Source: Narcine bancroftii (Eukaryota). Taken from it: a stretch of DNA of 64,000 nt. The stretch is taken from the NCBI RefSeq assembly GCF_036971445.1, contig NC_091475.1, positions 79,174,001 to 79,238,000 on the forward strand, read 5' to 3'. Positions 38,642 through 52,455 of the stretch are shown in pieces. How positions within the stretch are numbered: the stretch's first letter is position 1; each line of letters begins with the position of its first letter. Position numbers and translations under genes: made by a program. Under the pieces are notes generated by a model that was not told where the DNA came from, searched no databases, and worked only from the letters and a program-made list of their open reading frames with translations.

Positions 38642-39570
38642 TAACTGGATTAAAGCATTGTATAATGGGCCATTGGCAAAGGTAACAATAAATGGATATG
38701 TATCAAGTCACTTTAAATTAAGTAGGTCAACTAAACAGGAATGTCCACTATCCCCCTCATTGTTTGCCTTAGCAATAAAACCTTTGGCAGAACTGATAAT
38801 AGAAAATAAAATAAAAGGAATAAAAATAAAGGAGAAGGAGTATAAAATCAGCTTATTTGCAGATGACATCATAGTATACCTAACAGAACCAGAGGTATCA
38901 GTAAAAGAATTACATAAGATATTGAAGGAATATGGAGAAATATTGGGGTACAAGATCAACGCAAATAAAAGTGAAGTGATGCCAATGAGTAACGTAGACA
39001 ATACAGAATTTAAATGGCAAGCACAAGCAATCCGATACCTAGGGATCAGGTTAGATAATAACTTAAGCCACTTGTACAAGCTAAATTATCAGCCATTAAA
39101 AAAGAAATTGCAGGAAGACTTAGAACAGTGGAAAGAATTACCACTAACGTTGATAGGGAGGGTAAACTGCATTAAAATGAACGTGTTCCCAAGGATACAA
39201 TACTTATTTAAATGAACTAAAGAGAATAATAAGGAAATTCTTGTGGAAAGGAAGGAAACCAAGGGTAGCGTTAGATAAATTAGCAGAGAGGTATAATCAA
39301 GGTGGTTTGCAGTTACTAAATTTTAGAAATTATTATAGAGTTGCACAATTAAGGTATTTATCATATTTTTACCAGACAAGGGTAAAACCAGACTGGACTA
39401 AGATCGAATTAGATAAAATAGGGGATAAGGTACCGGAACATATACTTTATAAGTGAGATGAAATGCTGGTACAATATTAAAAACTCACCAGTACTGCATC
39501 ATTTACTTAATACATAGAAGAAGATCCACTTAGAAAGGAAAAAACAAATTACCAAATACAAAAATTATTA

Positions 39571-39843
39571 CAGGTACATGATCCTTTACCCGGAACCCTT
39601 GGGGGACAGTGTGTTCTGAATTTCAGATTTTTCCGGGTTTCAGAAAGCCCATCCGAATTGTGCTGCCGTATCCACCCCTATCCCTTTCCAGTCGCCCGGC
39701 CGTCTCCCCCGACTGCAGTCCCTCGGCTGCCTCCCCCAACCGAATTCCCCGGCCACCGGTCCATCGGCTGCCGCCGCCAGTCCCAATGCCGGAATTTGGA
39801 GCTTTCTGGATTTTAGATGTCCGGATAAAGGATCATGTACCTG
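39571..39843. mobile_element. Tc1/mariner (Tigger-like) MITE nested in L1 ORF2
   Basis: TA target duplication (39569-39570, 39844-39845) and ~24-bp TIR CAGGTACATGATCCTTTAyCCGGA. Confidence 0.9.
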
Positions 39844-42499
39844 TATTGACACAAAATCCGTTAATCCCTTTTACAATAGACAACATTCCCTTTAGAGTAT
39901 GGGAGAGAAAAGGAATCAAAAGAATAGAAAATTGTTTTTTGGGAAATAATTTATTAACATTTGAACAATTGAAGTACAAATATGGAATAACTTATGGTAC
40001 AATGTTTGCATATCATCAACTGAAAGCTTATTTGAAGGATAAAATGGGAAACAGTTTGAGATTACCTGAAGGAAGCAGCTTTGAATATGTGATTACAGAC
40101 TCAATGATAATCAAAAGATTTATAACCAACATGGACATTAAGCTGCAAGATAAGGAAAATGAAATAAACTATAAACCTAAGCAGAAGTGGGAAAAGGATC
40201 TAAACATTAAAGATAAAAAATGAAGTATGGGAAAAGTTATGTTCTGGAACTATGAAGAATACAATAAACACAAGGTTACGCATGATACAGTATAATTGGT
40301 TACACAGGGTATATATTACTCCTCAAAAAATTTTAAAAAAAGGGATTCAACATTATCGGATAGATGTTTTCGCTGTAAGAAGGAAATGGGATCAACATTA
40401 CATGCAACTTGAGCATGTAGAAAGTGAATACGTTTTGGGAAGAATTCAATCAGATACTAAATAAAATTACAAAAAATAACATACCAAAAAAAACAGAAGT
40501 ATTTCTTCTAAGTAGCATAAGAAGTAGAGAATTAGGCCTCAAATTGGATAAAGTGCAAAAAAAATTCATTATGATAGCCTTAGCGATAGCAAAAAAATGT
40601 ATAATGTCAACTTGGAAAATGGAAGAGAGCATGAGTATACAGGAATGGTACATGGAAATGAATTAATGTATTCCAATGGAAAAAATAACATATAATTTAA
40701 AAAACAAAGTCACATTATTTGAACAAATTTGGGAACCATACATGGAACATAACAGAGAGATCTTGCCTACGACCTCCATCCCCTAAAATGAGAATGAAAA
40801 TGATGATAAGACAAAACGACTAGATTCAGTGTGTAATAAATAGATGATGCATTTTTCTTGTTTATTTTCCTTTGTGTGAAGATATTGTTTTATGGTTTTA
40901 TTATATTGTATATGTTGAATATTTATGGGTTTTGGAGGGGGGTGGGTAGAGGGGAGGGAGGGAAAGGGGAAAAAAGGGTGAAAAGACCACTGTAAATTTA
41001 ATGAGAAACGTTTGTACATATTTTGGTTGATATGGTTCATTGTGTGAAAAATAAAAAATTATTAAAAAAAGAAAATGTCTTCAGGATCTGAAACTGAAGT
41101 TGGTTTAAATTAGAGATTAGGTTTGTAATTCAATGTGCCTGCCCATCTTCACCCCCGGCTATGGATCCTCGCTCCTGGCCGCTCGTCCTCGCCCCTGCCA
41201 CCTGAGCTCCCAACTTGTGGATCTGCGCCGCTTATCCAAACTCTTGATTCCCCGACCGTTAGGTTACCACCCCAGCCATTTGAGCTCCTGACACCTGGAA
41301 TTACACAGGTACTTCACGAGGTCAAAAGTTTGACCCGTGCAAAAGTTGACACCTTTCCCCCAAAATTTTTGGTCCAAAATAATTTTGACCATTACACAAG
41401 TTTATACTGTACAGTAATTTCTAATGATAGCCCACATGTCAATTTTGGCTTTGGAAGATGATTCTAGCCAGTTGAGATGTGTTTATGCTAAATAAATTTT
41501 GCAGAAAATCAAAAAATACATAATAAAATCAAAGGATTCATTTCCACATGCCTTGTCTCATACTTCTATCACCAGCAACAAAAATCTGATTCAGTGGGAG
41601 AAAATTAATTGTTTGTTTCTGACTGAATCCCTCATTAGACTATCCTGATGAATTGTTCTGGCCTGAAACGTTGGCAGTTCTTTTGCTCCCACTGATGCTG
41701 CTTTTGACCTGCTGAGTTCCTTTGGCTGATTTTTGTTGTTTCAGATTCCAGCGTCTGTAGTCTCAAGTATGTGGCGCTGCTGTGGACCTAGGGGAACAGG
41801 GGCACAATACTGCCCACTTGTTAAGCCAATGGTGACGCATAAATTTCAAATGGCCCAAGGAAAGGGCTGGTGGTATTTTTATTTAAACATCAGTAAAGCT
41901 TCAAAGGTCTGTGCCCAAGATGCCAGCTCCTATGCTTGGCAACAAACCATGAGGGTTGTGGGCTCTGGGGGATTAGTGTGCCTGTGCAAGACAGCAGAGT
42001 GGGAGATGCCTGACCATGGCTGAGGAGAAAACCCTACAGGGATGGTGACCAGCGAAGAGCTTGGAGGCCAAAGGACTCACACCAGGCTGGGGCCTGCTGG
42101 AAACTGGCTTGTGAGAACTTGGTATCTGGACGGGGATTTGTTTGGGTGGCAAACAGCGCTCCTAAATGGCTTTGGGCTTTAACAGCTTCCTAATTGCATC
42201 AGAAGTTTGGAAATATGAGGGGCTTACTGCTGGAATAAACAAGAAGCTGTGTGGCTGGCAAGTTACAGTCAATCCATGGACGGTCTGTCTCTGAACAGGC
42301 TCTCCTTTGATGGGGGAGCTGGGCTCGTGGCATCTCTTTGCGTACTGTTACGGTACACAAAAGTTAACAAATTTTGTTTTTAATGTGCATGACAATAAAG
42401 GAATCTTGTATCATCATCTCCTTTTCCTCTGTAGTTAGTTCAGTTTCTCCTGCTATTTACCTCAACAGCTGTTTTGGGGGGGGGGGAGGGGAAGGGGTG

Positions 42500-43320
42500 T
42501 TAAACAAAAGTCTGCAGATGCTGTGATGAAAAAACACAAAAGTGCTGGTGGAGCTCTGGTCTCGCAGCATCCATAGGAGCGAAAGGAGTCTAACTAATAT
42601 TTTGGGCCTGAGCCATTCAAAGTATGAACAAAAATCAGGCAGGCATCTGAATTAAAAAGTCTTGATTCCTCTCTCATTTCTGCCACCTATACATGATCCA
42701 ACCATCAGACACATGTGACTCCCTCATCCACTCCTTCCTTCCCAGCTATCAACCCCATGGCACCTACCCTGTGACAGCATAAAATGCTACATGCACTCAC
42801 AACCTCCTCCCTCTCCACCATTTGGGGCCCTAAGCAGTCCTTCAAGATGAAGCAACGTTTTAGTGCAGGGGTCATCTACTGTATCAGGTGCTCCAGCTGT
42901 GGTCTCCTCAATGTTGGAGAAAATTGAAGTAGACTGAGGTTGCTTCTTTGAGCACCTTGGCTCTGTTTGCTGCAATAGCAGGAATCTCCCAGTGGCCTCC
43001 CATTTCCATTCCCTGCTCCTTCCCATGCCGACATGTTTCACCCCAGACTGAGACCACCCGCAATTTGAAATAAGGACACCTCGTATTCTGTCTGGGTATC
43101 CTCCAATCAGGTGGTATTAGCATAAATCTCTCTGGTTTCTGTTAAGCCCCCTCATCAGTCTCTCCCCTTTCCCATCCCCATTTCTCCTTTCCTCTAGCTG
43201 TCTCTCCCTTTTCCCTTTCTCACACCTTTACTCTAGCTCTGCATTCACAGAGTCACTCCTTTCCCTGATCAATTCTCATCTTTCCTCTTCTGTGCTCCTA
43301 TCCATGTCCAATTAACCAAT
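42500..43320 (+). mobile_element. Penelope-like element fragment (GIY-YIG region)
   Basis: Encodes the VIYCIRCSSCGLL.VGE motif, flanked by ctgcagatgctg/agcatccatagg terminal-repeat sequence. Confidence 0.7.
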
Positions 43321-45255
43321 ATACTCGTGCAATTGTTGAGCTTTGGGGACCAATTTTTTTTTGGATCAAATTTAATGGGCTGACTTTTACATGGACAATA
43401 CTTTTGACTGCAGTAAATACCAGCGTTGGTTAAAGCTTTGAGAAGCTGAATGGCCGGGACCAGGTAGTGTCTGCAAATGGGGCCTTGGTGAGCTCTGGTT
43501 GGGGGGTGGTGGGGCGGGGTGTGGCGGCCAGGGTTAGGATCCGCAGTCGGGTCGTTGGGAGCTCGGATGGGCGGGCACTCGGTTCGTCAGGAACTCGGAT
43601 AGGTTGGCAGCTGGGGCAAGATTTTGTGGTTGGGGTGTTGGGAGCTCAGATGGGCGGGCGGTCAAGGCCAAAGATAGAAGGGTTGACATTTACAACAGGA
43701 AGAAAAAGAAAAAAAAAAGTTTGTGATACATCTTTACCATCATGGATTCTGCGAGACTTGCTAAGTTCCTGTAGCACTTTTGTGTTTTGCTGTTTGTGGG
43801 AGTGAGTTCCACATTCTTGCCCTTTCTGGAGAAAAAGGTTTGTCCTGAATTCTACATTGTCTCTAACTTGGCTCCTTGAAGCTTAAGACAAAGGATCTTT
43901 CTAGAATCTTGTCAATTCTTTCATATTTTAATCTGCATATTGAGCTATTAAATTTGGATTATTTATCCTTCACAATTCTGGAGTGTCATTACAAATCTTG
44001 TTTCCCCCTCATTGGTGCTTTTGCATTGTGACTAGAGTAGTTTACTTTTAATTGTCCAAATAAATAGGCTCTTCCTCTGTCAATAGTTAAAAACAATGCT
44101 TTTTGTGTGCAAGAGTTCAGACTGAGATTATAAATGGTCAGTGTCAAGTCATGGCAAAACTGTGCAATGCAAATCTGTGGCAAATTCCTCAAGGGATAGA
44201 ATGTACAGATTGGAGCTGTAAATTTCAGGCAGTGAAAGACTATACTGTCCTTGCTACTTACTGGAATATTAACAGTAGAGCCTTGAAAACTTCAGGATAA
44301 GTGTAGATTTATGATCACAGGCCATCTGTGGGTCAGTAGAGGATTTAGAATTGAGAAGTTCTTATTAGCATCCAAAGGGTGAGCAATGAGGGAACAAGAA
44401 AATCTTCCTCGGATATAGACCTGTAAGATAATGATCTATTTGCTCTATTTATAATTTTGAATCCAACGTTATGGATGCCATTTAGTCCATTTGTGGCTGT
44501 CCCAAATTTTGAAAGAACTTCTCAATTATTTTCATTCCTTCCTGTTCATTCCTCATAGCTTTTTAGTATTTTTTGAATTCTCTTGAAAAATTTCTCTGGA
44601 ATCTCCTTCAACTCCCACCAGACAACACTCTTGTGGAAAAATGTTCTCAGTTCTCCTGAATTTTTTTTTTGCCCAATCACTTTAAATTTATGTTCTCTGG
44701 CTTTGAACCATTTCATCATCACATCCTTTCTCAACAACTTTCCTGATTCTTCCTGCTTTAGCAGTGGATAATAGATCAGTATAGGGGCTGATGTACAACT
44801 GGATTCCTTCTGAGGCTGAATCAATAACAGTATTTTTATGTAGGGATATTTTGCAAGGTCTCTGCTTCTTCAAATAGTAGAGATTTGGAATTTGCATTGG
44901 TAGTCATTGTAACAATACCCTGTAGGGTCCTGAGGGGAAAGATGAGAGACAAAAATATTGTTGTCTAGGTTCCAACTAAGATGGAAAAGGTGTTTTGATA
45001 ATCTGATGTAACATGAGGTAGTTAATCTTTTATATACATTTCAATCTCTAGTAAAGTAGTTTTCCCCTTTTGGGGGAAAATGAATTTTATAATATAAATT
45101 TTGGCCATTTCTTCTCAACAGCAGTTTATTTGGAAACATTTTAGCATTTTTTTTGAAGACTTTATTTAAAATTTTATAACATGAATACAATAGAGAATTA
45201 CATTTAAAGAAAAAACATTTTAGCATTTGAATGATACTTTATCTTCTACTTCCAG

Positions 45256-45375
45256 CATATTTCAATGACATTGCAGTGGGTGCAGTGTGCTGTAGAGTGG
45301 ATCATTCACAAAACCAGAAACGATTGTACATCATGACCTTGGGATGCCTGGCACCGTACCGGAGACTAGGAATAG
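45256..45375 (+). CDS. NAA50: NAA50 exon 3 (120 nt)
   Basis: cttccAG acceptor and G|GTAAGT donor; encodes AYFNDIAVGAVCCRVDHSQNQKRLYIMTLGCLAPYRRLGIG, including the acetyl-CoA motif RRLGIG. Confidence 0.97.
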
Positions 45376-46039
45376 GTAAGTTCTCAGGAAATATTGCAGT
45401 GGGCCTTGTTCGAGTTCTCAATGACTGATTAATAACAGTTGTAAAGGCTGTTTTATTTCCAGAATAGAAGATTAAGGGGTGATTTACTTGAGTTTGGAAT
45501 CATGGAAGGATTTGATAGGGTATCTCTGATATTACTTCATCTGATCTGGGTGGTGTGTGATGTGAGATGGGTCCAGTATAGAAGTCAAGCGAGATTCAGC
45601 TTGTTCATGGGTGATTTTTTAAAAAAATTGCTTCACACTGAGGAAACTACTTGACCTTAGAAAGTTGATGAGGCTCCACTAAAATATTTAAAACGGATTA
45701 ATGTTTTTTTGAGCAAGGGAATTAAAAGGTACAGAAATTAGGCATTTAAATGGAATTAAGATTCAGACCAATTAAGATGTTATTGGCAGAAAAGGCTAAA
45801 CGGACTGGTTTCCTCCTGTCCAATAAATTTACTTGCTGAAGACTATAATTACACAAAAAATAATTCAGTACTCTTTACTGTGAAGAGTTTTTGTGGAAAT
45901 AACAGTAAAATATGGATTGAAAATTTTGATTTTACTATTATGACAAGTTTTAAAATTATACCTGGTTCCTTTGAGCTGTTTTTGGAATTCACCCAACATT
46001 CTTCAAAATTATATTTAACGCTACAATAATGCATCTATT

Positions 46040-47210
46040 TACGGTGAGCATCGCTTTGTGCGGAGCGCTCTGTCTCTTACAAATTTGTTTTTTTAATGAG
46101 GTGACAAAGGTGGTTGATGGGGATAGGGCAGTGAATATTGTTCACATGGACTTTAGTAAGGTTATTGTTAAGGTCCCTCGTGGTTGGCTGATCTGTACAG
46201 TCAGATGCATGGAATCCATGGTGAATTAATAGTTTGGAATTGACTAGTCCATAATAGACATGAAGGTAGCAATGGAAGGCTGTTATTTGGGTTGGCGGCT
46301 AGTGAGCAGTGGTGTTCTCAAACAATGTACAAAAGAGCTGGAAGCAATTAGCATTCGACATTTTGAGCCAGAGCCCTTCATCAGGCCTGGTCCCTATGGC
46401 TACCAAGGATGCTGGGTGACCTGCTGAGTTCGTCCTGCACTTTTGTGTATTGCACGAGTTCTCCAAACTTCTTGTTTAACTAGTACTTTTCTGTGGGGAT
46501 CATTGTTGGAACTCTTGTTGTTTGTGTTAGTAAGTTTGCAGATGACACAGATTGGGGGGAGATGTGGACAGCGTAGAGGGTGATCAAAGAATACAAACTG
46601 TATAGAGATCACTTCGAAACAAGGGTAGAGAAATGGCAGATGGAGTTTGATCTGGAGAAGTGTGATCATGTTGCAGTTTGGGAGGTCAAATGTGAGGGGA
46701 AAGTATAAAGTTAAAAATGGCAAGACTGTTAAAAGCATTGATGTAAAGGAGAATCTGATCCAAAGCTGCTCATAAGTGGCCATGCAAGTAAATAGAGTGG
46801 TAAAGATGGCAGATGGTATGTTTGCCTTCATTGGGCAGGGTATTGAATATAATTGCAGATATAGAAAAATTTGGTTAGTTAACACTTGGAGTATTGTATG
46901 CAATTCTGGTCACCCCGTTACAGGAAAGATGTGGAGGTTTTGAAAAGGATACAGAAGTGATTTTCCAGGATGTAGCTTGACTAAGGAGCCATAAGGAGAG
47001 GTTGGAACATCTTGGGTTGTTTTGTTCGGGTGATGGAGGCTGAGTGGGGACCGGATTAAAGTTTATCATGTTATGAGAGGCATTGATAGGATAAATAGTT
47101 ATAATCTTTTTCTCAGGGTAAAGGTGCAAGATACTAGAGGTCATGTGGTTAAGGGAGATATGTAGTGTAAATCTTTTTACACAGTGTGGTTGGTGTCTGA
47201 AACTGGCTGT
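46040..47210 (+). mobile_element. Degenerate CR1 LINE (RT to 3' end), interrupted
   Basis: Peptides FFNEVTKVVD...HMDFSK, KFADDT and LEYCMQFWSP. Confidence 0.7.
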
Positions 47211-48890
47211 CAGGATTCATGGTGGAACCAACCGCCTTTCCACTGGAGCTCCCAAGGCATTGGCTGCTGACTCCAGCCTTGGCCCAGGCTGCCTGCTTAC
47301 CAGAGCTCCCAACGCCTCAGTTGCTAACTCCAACATTGACCCCGGCCACATCCTCCAGGAGGCCTCGCCACTTTGGCCACCGACTCTCACCTGGGCCCTG
47401 GCTGCCCTTTGGCTGGAGCTTCCCACATTGACTTCTACCACGTGGTTCCGACATAGATGCCTACTATGGTCCTGATCTCGCTGCTGGATCCCATTTGCTC
47501 ATTCCTCCACTACTCTTTACCCTTCCCTACTCTACCCTCACTCTCATCTCCATTTCCCACTTATGTGCCCTGACCTCTGTCCCCAGATGCAACAAAGACT
47601 GGATATCTTGTCTTTGCCTACAACCTCAGCATCCAACACATTATCCTCCTGAATTTCCAGCACTTACACGTGATCCCTCTATCAGACACCTCTTCCCCTC
47701 TCCACCACTCCCTGCCTTCCATAGTGACCAATCCCTTCTCCCCTTGCTTGTTGCCATGCCCTCCCTCCCGTCTCCTATTATCTCCTTCCTTTGTGACCAA
47801 GCCTCCCCTTACCTTTTTACTTGGATGCTTGGTGACATTTTTTATACCATGATGAAGGGTTCAAGCCCAGAATGTCAATTATCTTTGCTATGTAAAGAAC
47901 ATTGTTTACCTGCTGAGTTTCTCCAGCATTATTTTTACTTCAACCACGGTGTCTGCAGACTTTTGTCTTTTACTACGATAGTCGTGGTTGAGGTTTCTTG
48001 ATAGCAGACAACACTTTTCAAGTACAGTAAAACCACTGGTATCTGGCACAGAAGGGGAATGGTAGATGCTGGATAATTGTATTTTCCAGTTGCTTAATTT
48101 TTAATTTAAAAAAAAATGCTGAACGTACAGGATATTAACGCCCTTTTGGCCCACAAGTGCACCCAATTGACCTACACCCAAAGTACACCCCAATTAACCT
48201 ACAATCCCTGTTACATTTTGGAGGGTGGGAAGAAACTGAAGACCCTGGGGAAAACCCATGCAGACACTGGTGTGGACTGAAGGGCTTGTTCCTGCTCCAC
48301 TGTTCTATGCATTAACAAAATGTCCATGCCATTGGATTAAGAAAGATTAAATTGTGTGATCAGATGGGATGATAACCTAGCAAACTGCTTTGTTGTGACA
48401 TGGTGGTGTGTATTTTGTTGCTTTGAAGAAAGGAAAAATTTGGCTACTTGATGTTGGTAGCTGGAATTTTGTTCCGGTAGATTTCCAAGGTCAAATTGTT
48501 TTGCTGAATTGTACATTGAAAATCATCTCACTATTTAGAAGCTGAGGAACTTTGAAAGGTTCACAGCCTTTGTACATTATTACAGCTCCAAAGATATCAT
48601 TTTGATAATGTCCAGCTTGAAAGTCTTAAAATTATTCTTAAAATAATTTAAATGTTTTTGTGACATTTGTCAACTTAAAAAAAAAAGATCACATCTGTTA
48701 GAAAATCAAGAGCTTCGAAATGTCTATCAGATTTTTCATGGAATGCAACTAAAATTGGAACATCCAATCTCCCTTGACAGTTCAACAGCATCATTACACC
48801 TGGTACCTTTTGGGTAGCTGCTGAGTTACTGACTATCTGTGATTTCAGATAAGTGTTGTGCTTGACATTTATTCCTTTTCCTCTTTTTAG

Positions 48891-48957
48891 GGACAAAAAT
48901 GCTGAATCATGTGTTAAATATCTGTGAAAAGGATGGAACCTTTGACAATATTTATCT
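48891..48957 (+). CDS. NAA50: NAA50 exon 4 (67 nt)
   Basis: Polypyrimidine-AG acceptor and CT|GTAAGT donor; encodes TKMLNHVLNICEKDGTFDNIYL. Confidence 0.96.
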
Positions 48958-49299
48958 GTAAGTGTCTTCTGTTTAATTAAAGCAATTCATTCTCAGCACA
49001 CAATGTCCCTATGAATTTCAGGATGGTTGTAGTCTAAGATTGTATGAGCCTACTGGCAATTCAGCAAATATTGCTACTACATGTTCAGAATAAAAAGGTA
49101 ATCAAGCAGCATCTATGGGAGGAAAAGAATGCTCAGCCCTTTACCGAGATTAGGAACACAGGAGAAAAGCCAATGCAAAGGGGACAGGGTGGGAGGAGCA
49201 GGACAGGAGCCCTGTGATTTGGGGCGAGGCAGAAGATTGGCAGCTGTTAAAGGGAAAGCCAAGAAAATCATTTCAGATTGGGTAAGAGGCTAAGAACAA

Positions 49300-50060
49300 A
49301 GTTGATGAATTTGAAAAGTTCTTCACGGGTGCTGTGGTTGAGTAGTTGGGGGAAGAGCGGGGGTAGGTTCAGAACAAAGACATGTTCCACATAGCTCACT
49401 AAAAGGCATACGTAGCTGGGACCCATGCAAGTCCCCATGCTATATCTTTGATTTGAAGGAAATGAGAGGCATTGAAAGTGAAATTATTCAGGGTGATGAA
49501 TGTGTTGGTGGAGGTAAAATGGTCAGAATGTTGTTCCAGGAAGTGAAGGGCTCTGAGACCTTGCTGATGGGGATGGAGTTGCACAAAGACTGGACATCCA
49601 TGAAGAAGAGACAGTGGAGACCAGGGAGTCGGAAGTTGTCAAAGTGATGAAGGGCATAGGAGGGAGGTATCCTGGATATAGGTGGGAACCGACTTGACAA
49701 GGGGAAGAATGATGGAGTCAAGATAAGAGGAGATAAGTTCAGTGGGGAAACAATGGGGCTATCAGTGCAGGCCTGCTTGTGGATCTTTGGCAATAGGTAG
49801 AAGTGGGAAGCGTGGGGTGGGATGTGATCAGGTTTGGAAGTTGTGGAGGGGAGATAATGTGTGTTGAGATCTGTGACAGTGTGGGTGTTCATTGCTGGGG
49901 TCATTGTCGAAGGGTAGATATGAAAAGGTATTTGAAAACTAGATGAAGTAAAGATCAGTTCGTCAAACTACAATGGCACCACACTTGTCTGCAGATTTGG
50001 TGACGGGGTTGAGATTAGTGTAAAGAGAGTGTAGTGCTGTGTGTTTGGAGTGGATAAATT
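49300..50060 (-). mobile_element. Penelope-like element RT fragment
   Basis: Peptides ADKCGAIVV, FYLLPKIHK, LFFMDVQSLCNSIP and NNFTFNASHFLQIK. Confidence 0.8.
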
Positions 50061-51817
50061 CAGATTCAGATTTTTTGTAAGAGTACATCCATGTCATCAC
50101 ACAATCCTGAGATTCTTTTTCTTGAAGACATGCCAGAATTACAATTAATTGGTAGTGCAAAAAAACCCTGTAAACATGTAAACAAAGAACTGTAAACAGA
50201 TAATGAATGTCAACAAACTCCCTGAGCTGATTGACCCACTGAATTCCTCCAATGCAGGGGGTTTAGCCTCAGATTCCAGCATCTGAATTTCCTGTGGGTC
50301 TCCATAGCGAGGGAGGGAGGAAGTCCCCTAGTTTTGAAAGGGTTCCATTTCAGGGACATGAAGAAAAACAATATGTGGGAGAGGATCACATCAGGCAGAA
50401 ATAACACACCCAATTTGGTGATAACATTCACAGTAGCAGATTTCAGATTTTCCAGAAAAAAATCTGATATCTGCTAATGTGAATGAAAACAACTTAAATA
50501 GTAACAAGTGCATTTTTAATTGGGAAGTGGGTGAGTAATATTTTGGACAGCTTGTAACCATCGGAGCTTTCATTTCCATAAACCTGGGTACAAGACTGTT
50601 GCTTAATTTTGAGCCAGTTGCTTGCAGCACCCTGCACCTGGAGGTGTCAATTAAATAAGTGCACTCTTGATTGGTGTTGGTGTAGCTGTGGGAATCCTCT
50701 AGGATTTAACATGATCTGAACCCTGCTAGAGCTTAGTGTCCTGATCCAAACTGAAAATAAAGTGACTTCTGTCTGACGCATAGTGGTATAGTCACACCTA
50801 ACCAGTTTAGTATGGACATTGTTTGAACAACTTTGACCTCATACTAACCCTGATGTGCACAAAAGACCATCAGATAAAGAAGCAATTGTATTTCTCAAAA
50901 TGGAGATGTCACTCAATTTATTTTCATCATTGGAAACTTCGTATTGAATGAGTCTCTTGGTATTTTGGCTACGGAACTGGTTGAACTTTTTTAGTTGACC
51001 CATTTGGTGGATTTAGGTTGGAAGAGAATGTGCCATCTTTGCTCAGGCCTGCATCTTTGTGTATACTTTCTGAAATGACCAGCAGAGGCATAGAAAGTTC
51101 TTCAGAACTTGGGTGACTGTGAATTTGGCAAAATGGAAATAAAACTGATTTTGCCCACATTCTATAAACATTTTTAAATTGGAAAGAACTTGATCTGGGG
51201 ACATCCTAAAGTGCAAGTTTTTGAGACCAACAAAGACTGCTTGAAGAACTCAGAAGGCCAAACGCATCTGTTGGAATGGGGGAGGAATTTGTCAATGTTT
51301 CTGGCAGAGACCCCGCTTCAGAAATGGTATAGGATCTCCACCTCATTCTCCAGCAGTTTGAGAGGCTATTTCTGCTCCGAATTTGAGCACCTGTAGTTTC
51401 TACCTTATTTTTAAGTATTTCCAGCTTCTCTCGAATTTTTTTGAAGTACAGTTAATGAAGGAAATGCAGCCGCCAATTTATGCACAGCAAACTACCACAC
51501 ATGGTAATAAAATAAATGGCCAGATCATTTGTATAATTGGGGTAGAAATGCTGCTTTAGATATGGCAGAACTACCCTGCTGTCAGTTTGAGAGAATACAT
51601 GGGGCCTTCTGCAGTCCTGCAGGAGTACTGCACTGTTGGAGCACTGATTTGTCTCGAGTCTCATTCTTGAACTGACAATCTGATGGAAAAGCAGAGCTGT
51701 AATTGAGGCATAGAATGCAACAAAGCAGCTGAGTTAGAAGAAAGTATTTTGATGTGGAGTTAATGATTAATCTTTTTACTGAAATGTTTCTAAAACTAAT
51801 GTGCTTAACCTTTCTAG

Positions 51818-51989
51818 GCACGTTCAGATCAGCAATGAATCAGCAATTGAATTCTACAGAAAATTTGGCTTTGGAATAATAGAAACTAAAAAGAACTACT
51901 ACAAGAGGATAGAGCCAGCTGATGCACATGTTTTGCAGAAAACCCTCAAATACATTGCTCCATCCCAGAGTGTGGAATGTCAGAAATGA
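51818..51989 (+). CDS. NAA50: NAA50 exon 5 (coding part, 172 nt including stop)
   Basis: tttctAG acceptor; encodes [56 protein letters not shown]. Total CDS 504 nt, 167 aa. Confidence 0.96.
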
Positions 51990-52449
51990 AATTGTGGCTG
52001 AGCTTGCACGTTTGTTGCCAAAAAAAAAGTCTGTACAGATCGCTGGAGGGTGAGCATCGAGAGGAGCCAATTCTCTGCAACGCCTTGTGGCAATAGTCTT
52101 ACCACATTAACCAGAAACCACTCAAAATTATTCCTGCATAAAGCATTCTGTATCTTCACCAGTTAGAATTAATGTATCTGAGACAAGCAACCCATCTGGC
52201 AGAACTGTAATCAAAGCATGGGGTTTGGTCGTATTATTATTACTTTACTAGGTCCTTGGTGGAACAATTTTGGTTTTCCCAATTCAAACGTGCAAATAAG
52301 TGATCTGATTTTGTATTTAAAAACAAAAAAGACCTGTTCATGCATAGTTAATTTTTCCATAAAAGTTTAATTGGTACTTTCAAGAACTAACTGTCTTGCA
52401 AACTTATTTGTGCCTATTGGAGTTGTATCTCCCACTTTTCATTTCGTGG

Positions 52450-52455
52450 AATAAA
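52450..52455 (+). terminator. Candidate NAA50 polyadenylation signal AATAAA (alternative at 52860-52865)
   Basis: First canonical hexamer seen after the stop, with GT-rich sequence downstream (ttctgttgtggttggt). Confidence 0.45.

Larger units (their letters stand above)
33558..41070 (+). mobile_element. Full-length but inactivated L1-clade LINE in NAA50 intron 2 (sense orientation) with 15-bp TSD
   Basis: TSD GAAAATGTCTTCAGG at 33543-33557 and 41071-41085. ORF1 coiled-coil remnants. ORF2 from 35523: EN (NINGIHN, GGDFN, YSRIDMF, SDH), RT (LFADD) and CCHC. AATAAA and an A-rich tail at the 3' end. Many stops and frameshifts. Confidence 0.93.

Noticed and set aside
39609-40223. 204-aa ORF as a novel chimeric protein
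   Set aside because: An accidental in-frame fusion of MITE sequence with decayed L1 ORF2, with no promoter or splice support.
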